From: Escherichia phage DaisyDussoix
Sequence record: MZ501058
DNA: 64,000 bases
Reading direction: 5' to 3' (one strand)
In this document: positions 54,819-62,232 of the stretch, one piece after another
Numbering within the stretch: position 1 is the first letter of the stretch
Layout: every line of letters starts with the position of its first letter
Made by a program: the position numbers and the translations under genes
Notes under the pieces: model-generated
What the model saw: the letters and a program-made list of their open reading frames with translations, nothing else
Told to the model about the DNA's origin: nothing
Databases searched by the model: none

Positions 54819-55084
54819 TTGTTCGGCCTCCTCGTTAATCGGTGAGTGAATGATAAAGGTAATTTTCTAGCATAGGCAAATATTATTTTACCTTTTTATT
54901 TTCCTTGCCTAGCGCCTATTTTTATGCTAATCGCGCAGCGGTGTAATAAAGAGCAAAACACGGCGAAGCCACCAGGCCGCAGCATTGAGGCTTTACTTTA
55001 CTATTACCTTGCAGCGTTTAGCTCGTTAGAATGCGATTTAGGCCGCTTAAAATTGATTGCAGTTGTTAACACTACCTTTTTACC

Positions 55085-55100
55085 CTGTATATTTATACAG
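55085..55100. promoter_or_regulatory. LexA (SOS) box upstream of the minus-strand operon
   Basis: CTGTATATTTATACAG core, CTGT-N8-ACAG, about 270 bp upstream of the 54818 start. Confidence 0.55.
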
Positions 55101-55110
55101 TGGAATAACC

Positions 55111-55192
55111 TGTGGATAAGTCTGTGTAAAAGTCCTTATATCGCCGCCTATCGTGTCAAGTTATTTTGTGCTGTGGATAACGTTGTGGATAA
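55111..55192. promoter_or_regulatory. DnaA box cluster (3 sites, inverted orientation)
   Basis: TGTGGATAA at 55111-55119, 55172-55180, 55184-55192. Confidence 0.6.
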
Positions 55193-55443
55193 CTTAAATG
55201 ATAGTGGTTCTCACTTAGCTAGATGATTTCTTATAGTTATTATTTCTCATTAATTTATATGTATATTATATATCATGAAATAGTTATTTAGCTAATGAGA
55301 TTTTTCGTGATTAATAGTCTGCTAATAGTTTACTCTGTTACAGTCCACCAGCATGATTATCATCCTAGCAATTATTATCCTGCTATCTTTCCGATACATA
55401 CTAGCAAACAAAAGTCAATTAATTTATTTCATAAAATAAGTAG

Positions 55444-55510
55444 TTATCCACTGGAAAATAAAAGTCAAGTGGATAACTAGGAAAATTTCATTTTTGCTTT
55501 TGGGGATAAG
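55444..55510. promoter_or_regulatory. additional DnaA-box-like sites in divergent intergenic region
   Basis: TTATCCAC at 55444, GTGGATAA at 55470, GGGGATAAG at 55502. Confidence 0.4.
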
Positions 55511-55923
55511 TTATCAACAAGGCTAGAATGCGCCTAAAACGCCCTAGAACGCGATGAAGTTTTTAGCCATCCCATCATAAGGGAACACGCCGTTTATCGC
55601 CATCAGGAGGATTCTAGATTTTGTCAAGTATGGCAAAGCAAATATAAATGAAAAAATTACTTGCCTATTTGCTATGTTTTGTGGTATTCGCGCGCCCGTT
55701 TCTTTTAATTTTAGGCCGTCGCCGCACGGTGTCCGGTGAGTTTTACCTTTACATTTCTTTACAAAAATAAGGTTGCGCCATTTTCGGGAATCCCCTATTA
55801 TTTATCACGTAGGGCGGCAATGACGAACTACACGGCGGGAAGTTTACCGCCACGCTCTTTAAAAATTGGGTACATCTTAAAGCCTATCGGCGGTAAACTT
55901 ATACATTATAAGGAATCGACGAT

Positions 55924-56127
55924 ATGAAACAAACGCTTTTGATCACTGGCAAGCCTATTAAGGCACTAGATAGCAAAACAAAAAATTTGTTGACAGTAGC
56001 TCAAAGATCAGTAAAATATAGATTCACGCAGTACAAGAAAGGTCGCCAGCAAGGTCTGGAAATGATCTGGCGAAACATTATGATTGACTTGAAAGAAAAT
56101 CATAAAAAACTGCAAAAAACAGTTTGA
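55924..56127 (+). CDS. hypothetical small basic protein
   Basis: 67 aa ORF. Confidence 0.4.
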   Translation: MKQTLLITGKPIKALDSKTKNLLTVAQRSVKYRFTQYKKGRQQGLEMIWRNIMIDLKENHKKLQKTV

Positions 56128-56354
56128 CAACCTAGCCGATAGGCTTTAAGATGTACTCAGTTCGATAAGAGCGATAACTTGATAAAATTTGACGGTCGGC
56201 ACTTACCATAATGTGTCCCGCCCCCTAACTGGGATATAGCGGCCTACGTGGAGTTCTTTAAATTGATTATAGCGGTGAGCGGATTGTTGCTTATTACCTG
56301 CTACTTTCTAGCAGGTAATGCGGAACAATCCCCAAATAACTAGGAGTTTATATT

Positions 56355-56606
56355 ATGAAAAACGTTATTACCGCGCCTAAAATTGGTCAATCCGTTTTTA
56401 TTCCTTTCGTTACTAAAACGGATGAACTAACCGGAAAAGCCGAACGTATTAAAGGTGCGGCGCTTATGCCGTTTGATACAATCGACGCGGTATACGCTGA
56501 AAATGAACGTAGTAACAACGGCAAAACCGTTTTTAGCGTTCGCGTTAAATCCGGCGACGTTGTAAAGGTTGTTCAACGTAACGAAAAATGGGAAGCTGTA
56601 TTGTAA
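56355..56606 (+). CDS. hypothetical protein
   Basis: 83 aa ORF with AGGAG RBS, followed by perfect palindrome. Confidence 0.5.
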   Translation: MKNVITAPKIGQSVFIPFVTKTDELTGKAERIKGAALMPFDTIDAVYAENERSNNGKTVFSVRVKSGDVVKVVQRNEKWEAVL

Positions 56607-56620
56607 TGTAGTGTTAACTT

Positions 56621-56650
56621 TATATCCCCCTTATTTCAGGGGGATATAAC
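56621..56650. terminator. perfect 10-bp-stem palindrome (terminator or operator) in pre-early region
   Basis: TATATCCCCC-TTATTTCA-GGGGGATATA; no U-tract. Confidence 0.45.
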
Positions 56651-56663
56651 GATTAACATTAGG

Positions 56664-56682
56664 TTAATCTAATCCCTTAAAT
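56664..56682 (+). promoter_or_regulatory. conserved pre-early leader motif TTAATCTAATCCCTTAAAT
   Basis: Same 19-mer about 20 nt upstream of the 56704, 57490 and 59985 start codons. Confidence 0.5.
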
Positions 56683-56703
56683 TAAACTAATAGGAGTTTT
56701 ATC

Positions 56704-57111
56704 ATGACTAACGCTAAAACCGCAAAATTCGGATGGAATGAAGAAAACACTCAGAAAGCTGTTTCCATGTATCAGCAGTTAATTAATGAAAACGGTTTAG
56801 ATTTCGCAAATAGCGACGGCCTGAAAGAGATTGCAAAAGCAGTAGGCGCGGCTTCCCCTGTATCCGTTCGCTCAAAATTGACCAGTGCAAAAGCCTATCA
56901 AAAAAGCGATAAGCCGCGTAAAGTTGGCGGCGGTAGCTCTGTGCGTAAAGCTCACTATGTGCGAGTAATTGCAAAACACGCTATCGATTCCGGCATTATC
57001 AAAGACGCCGATGATCTGGCAAGTCTGGAAAGTGCAAAACTTGAAACGCTGGACGCAGTAGCGCAATTGTTAGGCGTTGCCGATGAAGTAAAACAGGCCG
57101 CAGGGGAATAA
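56704..57111 (+). CDS. pre-early protein, A2-like by size and position
   Basis: 135 aa ORF preceded by the conserved leader motif; placed next to the A1-like gene; A2 identity is from memory of size only. Confidence 0.45.
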   Translation: MTNAKTAKFGWNEENTQKAVSMYQQLINENGLDFANSDGLKEIAKAVGAASPVSVRSKLTSAKAYQKSDKPRKVGGGSSVRKAHYVRVIAKHAIDSGIIKDADDLASLESAKLETLDAVAQLLGVADEVKQAAGE

Positions 57112-57158
57112 TAGTTATATCTTGCCCCCTTCTAGTGAGGGGGCAATAATATAACTGT
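57112..57158. terminator. long palindrome (terminator or operator)
   Basis: TAGTTATATCTTGCCCCCT-TCTAGTGA-GGGGGCAATAATATAACT. Confidence 0.45.
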
Positions 57159-57201
57159 TTAGCGATAGTTATTTTCTTCCCTTAAATCAGGAGTTTTAAA
57201 A

Positions 57202-57399
57202 ATGATTTTCTTCCCTACTGAATCATTAATTCTAGGCTTGTTTATTATGGCGGCCTCGTTATTGTTCGCTTATTTTCAAAATGATTTAGATTCATATTAT
57301 TTTAAACGTAAATCTAAACTAGCAAAACGTTTAGGTCTGCTTTGTTTTATCGCTGCCGTTGCTTGTGGTGTTAGTTCTAGCCTAGTGCCTTTAAATTAA
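57202..57399 (+). CDS. small membrane protein
   Basis: 65 aa with hydrophobic segments. Confidence 0.4.
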   Translation: MIFFPTESLILGLFIMAASLLFAYFQNDLDSYYFKRKSKLAKRLGLLCFIAAVACGVSSSLVPLN

Positions 57400-57406
57400 T
57401 GTTGCA

Positions 57407-57440
57407 AATTATAACGCCTATTATTTGAGGCGTTATATTT
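57407..57440. terminator. palindrome (terminator or operator)
   Basis: AATTATAACGCCT-ATTATTTG-AGGCGTTATATTT. Confidence 0.45.
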
Positions 57441-57456
57441 GGCAATATTGCCATTA

Positions 57457-57475
57457 TTAATCTAATCCCTTTAAT
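57457..57475 (+). promoter_or_regulatory. conserved pre-early leader motif
   Basis: TTAATCTAATCCCTTTAATGGAG upstream of A1-like gene. Confidence 0.5.
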
Positions 57476-57489
57476 GGAGTTTTATTACT

Positions 57490-59160
57490 ATGATTATTTC
57501 CGCAGAAAAACAAACCGTTATCCTGAAAATGGCCGCTGACTTTAATTTCTATGGTAAACGTCTGCGCGCTACTAAACTGGAGGTCTGCGACGATATATCA
57601 AAAGCAGTCTACGATACAACGAAACATTCCACCGCCATTTGTGATTGGCTGGAAGCAAACAAACCAGCGAAACCAAAAGCGGCAAAAGTAGCAAAAGCCA
57701 TTAAAAATGATGAGCGCCCAGAAGCGGCTGGGATTGTTTCTAGTACCGTGGAACAGTGGGAAGTAAAACAGGGTAAACGTTTTATTATTACGTCGATTCA
57801 GAATAATACTTTCCCGCATAAAAACTTTTTGGCCTCACTGGAGCAATTTGCTAAATATATCGGCGCTGATTTGCTGGTTAGCAAGTATATTTATAATAAA
57901 AACGGATTCCAAAATGGGGAAGGTGCGGACGGTATCAAATATGACCCCGCTTTTGATAAATATATTTGCAGCAAAAACGTGTTTTTGAATAATCGCCGTT
58001 TTGCTTTCATGGCTGAAATTAACGTTTTGCCAACCGCAGATTATCCGCTTTCTGGATTCGCTGAAACTGCAACCGCGCTTAATCTTGAAGGTCTGGCAAT
58101 TGGTCACGCTAAAATCACCGCCGAAAGCGTTCCAGCTTTAAAAGGTGAAGTAGTGCGCCGTATGTATTCAACCGGAACGGCAACGCTCAAAAACTACATT
58201 CAGCAGAAGGCAGGACAAAAAGCCGAAGCATTGCATAATTTCGGTGCGCTTGTTGTCGAGTTCGACGAGGACGGTGAGTTTTTTGTTCGCCAGCTTGAAA
58301 CAATGGACGAAAGCGGGGTGTTTTATGATCTGAATGTTTGCGCTACTCCCGCCGGATGCTATGAAACAACGGGGCACGTTTTAGGTTTACAATATGGCGA
58401 CATTCACGCCGAAAAATTAGATGAAGAGTGCGCCGCCGCATCTTGGGGGCATGGTGATACTTATGGGCTTGTGGATATTCTTAAACCAAAATATCAGTTT
58501 GTGCATGACGTGCATGATTTTACGTCCCGCAATCATCATAACCGCGCATCCGGTGTATTCCTAGCAAAACAGTATGCCGCCGGACGTGATAAAGTTCTGG
58601 ATGATCTTATCGATACGGGGCGAGTGCTGGAATCAATGGAACGTGATTTTAGTCAAACGATCATTGTTGAATCGAATCACGATTTGGCGCTATCCCGTTG
58701 GCTTGATGATCGTAATGCTAACATTAAAGACGATCCCGCGAACGCCGAACTATATCATCGCCTGAATGCTGCAATTTACGCGGCAATCGGTGAACATGAC
58801 GAAACGTTTAACGTGCTAGATTATGCGTTGCGCAAGGTTGCAGGTTGTGAATTTAACGCCATTTTTCTAACGACTGACCAATCTTTCAAGATTGCAGGGA
58901 TTGAATGCGGCGTACACGGTCACAATGGCATTAACGGCAGCCGTGGCAATCCTAAACAATTTAAGAAATTGGGCAAGTTAAACACGGGGCATACGCATAC
59001 CGCCAGCATTTACGGCGGCGTATACACCGCTGGCGTAGCTGGTAGTCTGGATATGGGTTACAACGTTGGCGCGTCAAGCTGGACGCAGACGCATTTAATT
59101 ACCTATGCAAATGGTCAAAGAACATTGATTGACTTTAAGAACGGTAAATTCTTTGCATAA
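57490..59160 (+). CDS. A1: pre-early protein A1-like metallophosphoesterase-domain protein
   Basis: 556 aa; C-terminal half has YGDIHAE, ESNHD, GVHGHNG, GHTHT calcineurin-like phosphoesterase motifs; length matches my recollection of T5 A1. Confidence 0.7.
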   Translation: MIISAEKQTVILKMAADFNFYGKRLRATKLEVCDDISKAVYDTTKHSTAICDWLEANKPAKPKAAKVAKAIKNDERPEAAGIVSSTVEQWEVKQGKRFIITSIQNNTFPHKNFLASLEQFAKYIGADLLVSKYIYNKNGFQNGEGADGIKYDPAFDKYICSKNVFLNNRRFAFMAEINVLPTADYPLSGFAETATALNLEGLAIGHAKITAESVPALKGEVVRRMYSTGTATLKNYIQQKAGQKAEALHNFGALVVEFDEDGEFFVRQLETMDESGVFYDLNVCATPAGCYETTGHVLGLQYGDIHAEKLDEECAAASWGHGDTYGLVDILKPKYQFVHDVHDFTSRNHHNRASGVFLAKQYAAGRDKVLDDLIDTGRVLESMERDFSQTIIVESNHDLALSRWLDDRNANIKDDPANAELYHRLNAAIYAAIGEHDETFNVLDYALRKVAGCEFNAIFLTTDQSFKIAGIECGVHGHNGINGSRGNPKQFKKLGKLNTGHTHTASIYGGVYTAGVAGSLDMGYNVGASSWTQTHLITYANGQRTLIDFKNGKFFA

Positions 59161-59175
59161 TTAAATTATTCCCCT

Positions 59176-59199
59176 AGCGGCTTGAAATATAGCCGCTAT
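59176..59199. terminator. palindrome after A1-like gene
   Basis: TAGCGGCT-TGAAATAT-AGCCGCTA. Confidence 0.45.
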
Positions 59200-59215
59200 T
59201 TCAGGAGTCACAAAA

Positions 59216-59473
59216 ATGAAAGTTACATTACCCAAAACACTGGACGAAAAAGTATTCATTTCACCGGATGAAATGGAATCTGATAAAGTTTACAGCTTCG
59301 GGCCTATCCTAGCCGCCAAAACTAATACTGATGGCATTATTTCCGTCGATTCCCGTGATAATGATGTTGTTCCTTTTGATGACGATAGCGCTTTTTATGA
59401 GTGGCTAAGCGATAATAATTTACCCGTAAACGGTGAATTAACGCCGTACCAGATGCAGATTATTATCAAATAA
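59216..59473 (+). CDS. hypothetical acidic protein
   Basis: 85 aa ORF. Confidence 0.5.
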   Translation: MKVTLPKTLDEKVFISPDEMESDKVYSFGPILAAKTNTDGIISVDSRDNDVVPFDDDSAFYEWLSDNNLPVNGELTPYQMQIIIK

Positions 59474-59511
59474 ATTAAATCCATTATTAAACTAATTGGA
59501 GTTTTATAAAC

Positions 59512-59904
59512 ATGAAAAAGCAAAATATTCCATTCGATCGCGCTCAGTCTTCCATTGTTCTGGTTTATTCTAATGGTGAACGTTATCACGTCGAGGCAGG
59601 CCACGTTATTGATGAATTATTAGATTTCAATGATGCGATGCAGGTTACAACATTTGCATATATGCAGGGCAAACTAACCAGCCATATTAAAGCAAAAGGC
59701 GTTTATGTTGACACGATGAAACAAGAAACAATCATTATTGACGCGGTAAAATCTGGTCTAGCCTTTGCAGTTGTCGCGCCTTGCCCCGCTTGCCTTGATG
59801 ATCAGCTAACGAGTGCGAAAGTATATACTTGTGCGGGTATTCGTTCCAGCGTATCCGGTGAGGATGTTAGTTTTATCGCTGATGCGTTGGCTTATGGTCT
59901 TTAA
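59512..59904 (+). CDS. hypothetical protein
   Basis: 130 aa ORF preceded by conserved leader. Confidence 0.5.
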   Translation: MKKQNIPFDRAQSSIVLVYSNGERYHVEAGHVIDELLDFNDAMQVTTFAYMQGKLTSHIKAKGVYVDTMKQETIIIDAVKSGLAFAVVAPCPACLDDQLTSAKVYTCAGIRSSVSGEDVSFIADALAYGL

Positions 59905-59914
59905 TAGTTGATTT

Positions 59915-59946
59915 ATTATTACCCGCTTATAAATAGCGGGTAATGC
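59915..59946. terminator. palindrome (terminator or operator)
   Basis: TTATTACCCGCT-TATAAAT-AGCGGGTAATG. Confidence 0.45.
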
Positions 59947-59950
59947 TGAA

Positions 59951-59969
59951 TTAATCTAATCCCTTAAAT
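59951..59969 (+). promoter_or_regulatory. conserved pre-early leader motif
   Basis: TTAATCTAATCCCTTAAATGGAG upstream of dmp-like gene. Confidence 0.5.
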
Positions 59970-59984
59970 GGAGAACGCAACAAA

Positions 59985-60719
59985 ATGAATAAAGCTATTA
60001 TGAATATTTCCCGCAGCTTCCCGCATATTTCCCGCGTCATGATTTGGGATTTAGACGGCACTATCATTAATTCTTTCCATCGTGTAGCGCCTTGCTTTGA
60101 TAATGAGGGTAATTTAGATTTAAATAAGTATAAAAATGAAGCCTGCAAACATCATTTAATAATGCAAGATACTTTATTACCATTAGTTGAATACATGCGC
60201 CAGTGCATGAATGACTCAAATACTTTAAACATTATTTGCACCGCTCGACTAATGAGCAAATCAGATTATTACTTCCTGCGCAAACAAGGCTTGCGTGGTC
60301 GTGATAAAAGCAATATCCGCGTGTTTTCCCGCGACACACTGCATAAATATTTTAAAGCTGATAAGGTTAGCGAAATATACCACAGCAAGGACGCAGTGTA
60401 TAAATCTTATTATTTTGAGTTATTTAAACAGTTATATCCGAACGCTGATTTTACAATGATTGATGATCATAAAGGCGTGCTATCAGCGGCAGCGTCATAC
60501 GGATTTAAAACACTGGACGCACAAGCCGTTAACGATATTCTATCAATCGGCGTGGCATTAATAGGTGAAACCTTTATTGATGAATCCCTCGACGATGATA
60601 ATGATTATCAATTCCTAGCTGATCGTTTGAAATTATGTTGGGAAGGTATGACCGAGGAAGAACGCGCAGAATATAGTTGCAGCCCGCAACAATACATGGA
60701 GAAATTAAAAGTTGCATAA
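59985..60719 (+). CDS. dmp: HAD-family 5'-deoxyribonucleotidase-like protein
   Basis: 244 aa; IWDLDGTIINS HAD motif I; dmp assignment from position in the A1 cluster. Confidence 0.7.
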   Translation: MNKAIMNISRSFPHISRVMIWDLDGTIINSFHRVAPCFDNEGNLDLNKYKNEACKHHLIMQDTLLPLVEYMRQCMNDSNTLNIICTARLMSKSDYYFLRKQGLRGRDKSNIRVFSRDTLHKYFKADKVSEIYHSKDAVYKSYYFELFKQLYPNADFTMIDDHKGVLSAAASYGFKTLDAQAVNDILSIGVALIGETFIDESLDDDNDYQFLADRLKLCWEGMTEEERAEYSCSPQQYMEKLKVA

Positions 60720-60736
60720 TAATTAAAGTTGAAATA

Positions 60737-60773
60737 GTTTCACCCTGCAATTAAAATGGTTGCAGGGTGAAAC
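60737..60773. terminator. palindrome after dmp-like gene, likely bidirectional terminator
   Basis: GTTTCACCCTGCAA-TTAAAATGG-TTGCAGGGTGAAAC, between convergent gene sets. Confidence 0.55.
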
Positions 60774-60883
60774 AGTTACCCTGATAATAGTAACGGGGGT
60801 GGCGGTTAGCAGACTAAGTATTCTCCCCCAACCCACTGGACACACCTCCATGTGTAATCTTATGAAATTTGGCAAAAGTCAAA

Positions 60884-61129
60884 TTAGCGCATAGAAGGGT
60901 CATCAAACCTGTGTTCTGGTCTGAACTCACGGAATCTCTTCCGCGATGCCCGAGATCCATCCGACCACTCCCGCTCAAACTCCGCACGTTTCTCGTCAAA
61001 CTTCCGCTCCCTTTCCGCAATCTCCCGCGACACTCCCGCAATATATTCCCGATGCTTGTTAATTGCCGCAGTCGCTCCGAAAACTCCCGCGAGTATCCCG
61101 ATAATAAAAGCAATTACAATACTAAACAT
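60884..61129 (-). CDS. small membrane protein
   Basis: 81 aa with N-terminal TM helix. Confidence 0.45.
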   Translation of the reverse strand: MFSIVIAFIIGILAGVFGATAAINKHREYIAGVSREIAERERKFDEKRAEFEREWSDGSRASRKRFREFRPEHRFDDPSMR

Positions 61130-61316
61130 CTAATTCCCTCTCAATTTGCAGAATACGGGTGCTATCACAACGTTGCAGTAGTACTAGCTTTTCTAGAGTA
61201 ACTTGTTGTTGTTTTACCTGAGCTTCTAGAGTTTTTAGGCGAACATACGCGTTATAAGAAACAATGAAAGTTGCCCAGACCAGTATTACTATTAGTGTAG
61301 CTACTACTTCCATCAT
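61122..61316 (-). CDS. small membrane protein
   Basis: 64 aa with N-terminal TM helix. Confidence 0.45.
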   Translation of the reverse strand: MMEVVATLIVILVWATFIVSYNAYVRLKTLEAQVKQQQVTLEKLVLLQRCDSTRILQIERELDV

Positions 61317-61318
61317 TT

Positions 61319-61426
61319 ACGTTTCTCCAGTAATAAGGTTTCAATTCTATCTAAGTGATTATCCAAAATACATTGCCCAATAATCACAATTCCTAGTAGT
61401 GCAATAATTACCCATTCCATTATTTA
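61319..61426 (-). CDS. tiny membrane protein, paralog of 61420..61575
   Basis: About 35 aa (MEWVIIALLGIVIIG...RIETLLLEKRK); shares MEWVII and RIETLLEE ends with neighbour. Confidence 0.3.
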
Positions 61427-61575
61427 CGCTCCTCTAATAAAGTTTCAATTCTAGATAATCTATTACTCAACTGCATTAATTTAATTTCTGTTTGGGTTAC
61501 AGAGGTATCTATTACACGTAAGCCTACAAAGAGAAGTATCAATAAGACGAATATGCCAATAATTACCCATTCCAT
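61420..61575 (-). CDS. tiny membrane protein
   Basis: Internal Met MEWVIIGIFVLLILLFVGL of ORF 61420..61605. Confidence 0.4.
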   Translation of the reverse strand: MEWVIIGIFVLLILLFVGLRVIDTSVTQTEIKLMQLSNRLSRIETLLEERK

Positions 61576-61701
61576 TAAATCCACCCCGCCATAGCTGCTA
61601 ACCAAAAACCTACGAAGATTAGGAATAATACAAAACCAAATCCGTAAATATTAATCCACGCTTCGTACACTTCTCCACGTCTGTTCTTTCTTTTATTTGA
61701 C
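61573..61701 (-). CDS. tiny membrane protein
   Basis: About 42 aa (MSNKRKNRRGEVYEAWINIYGFGFVLFLIFVGFWL...); below ORF-track cutoff. Confidence 0.3.
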
Positions 61702-61880
61702 ATATCTTTCTTGCTCCTATGAGTATGGTATTTTAAAATATTTTATAATTTGTATATAACCAACCATGCTTGTGACTTCCTAGAAGGACTTCTCATTTTC
61801 TTACATAGTGGTTTCTGCCAATATACCATCCAAAAAATAAAAAATTTAGTTTACTTAGATGTCTTTTTGCTTTATACTAA

Positions 61881-62147
61881 TTACAGGTAGTTAGATTGCT
61901 CTAGTTTAAATTTACAATCACCATATTTAAGGTCAAACTGACTGAGATCCCACCATCCAAACTTAGTACGGAGCTGTACTACTGGGAAGCGATCTCCCTT
62001 AATACGAACTTTTTGAACCTTGAGGCCGTAATGTTCTTCTCCCGCACCACCAAAAGATTTTACAAATCCAGTACAAAATGGTTTGGGAGCAGGTGCACAA
62101 CCAGATAACATAACTGCGGCAACTAGTGCAATCACAAACTTTTTCAT
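61881..62147 (-). CDS. llp: Llp-like lipoprotein (candidate receptor-blocking superinfection-exclusion protein)
   Basis: 88 aa; signal peptide with lipobox LSGC; divergent from the adjacent RBP-like gene, as recalled for T5 llp/oad. Confidence 0.6.
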   Translation of the reverse strand: MKKFVIALVAAVMLSGCAPAPKPFCTGFVKSFGGAGEEHYGLKVQKVRIKGDRFPVVQLRTKFGWWDLSQFDLKYGDCKFKLEQSNYL

Positions 62148-62232
62148 ATTTATCTCTCCATTTCTAATTTATGAATCTATTATAGCAAAATAGAGGGATG
62201 AAAGCAAATACATTTTTATAATAGGAGATTAT

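Larger units (their letters stand above)
55000..55192. repeat. right arm of about 180-bp imperfect inverted repeat
   Basis: Reverse complement aligns with 51237-51420. Confidence 0.6.

Noticed and set aside
51237-55192. Transposon or insertion sequence bounded by the inverted repeats
   Set aside because: No transposase, integrase or recombinase motif was recognised in any enclosed ORF and no target-site duplication was identified; the inverted repeats are therefore reported as regulatory or structural repeats, with mobility left as a hypothesis.
60869-61201. Plus-strand ORF 60869..61201 and minus ORF 60814..61113
   Set aside because: They overlap the better-supported minus-strand membrane-protein ORF 60884..61129 and the convergent terminator region; no RBS.
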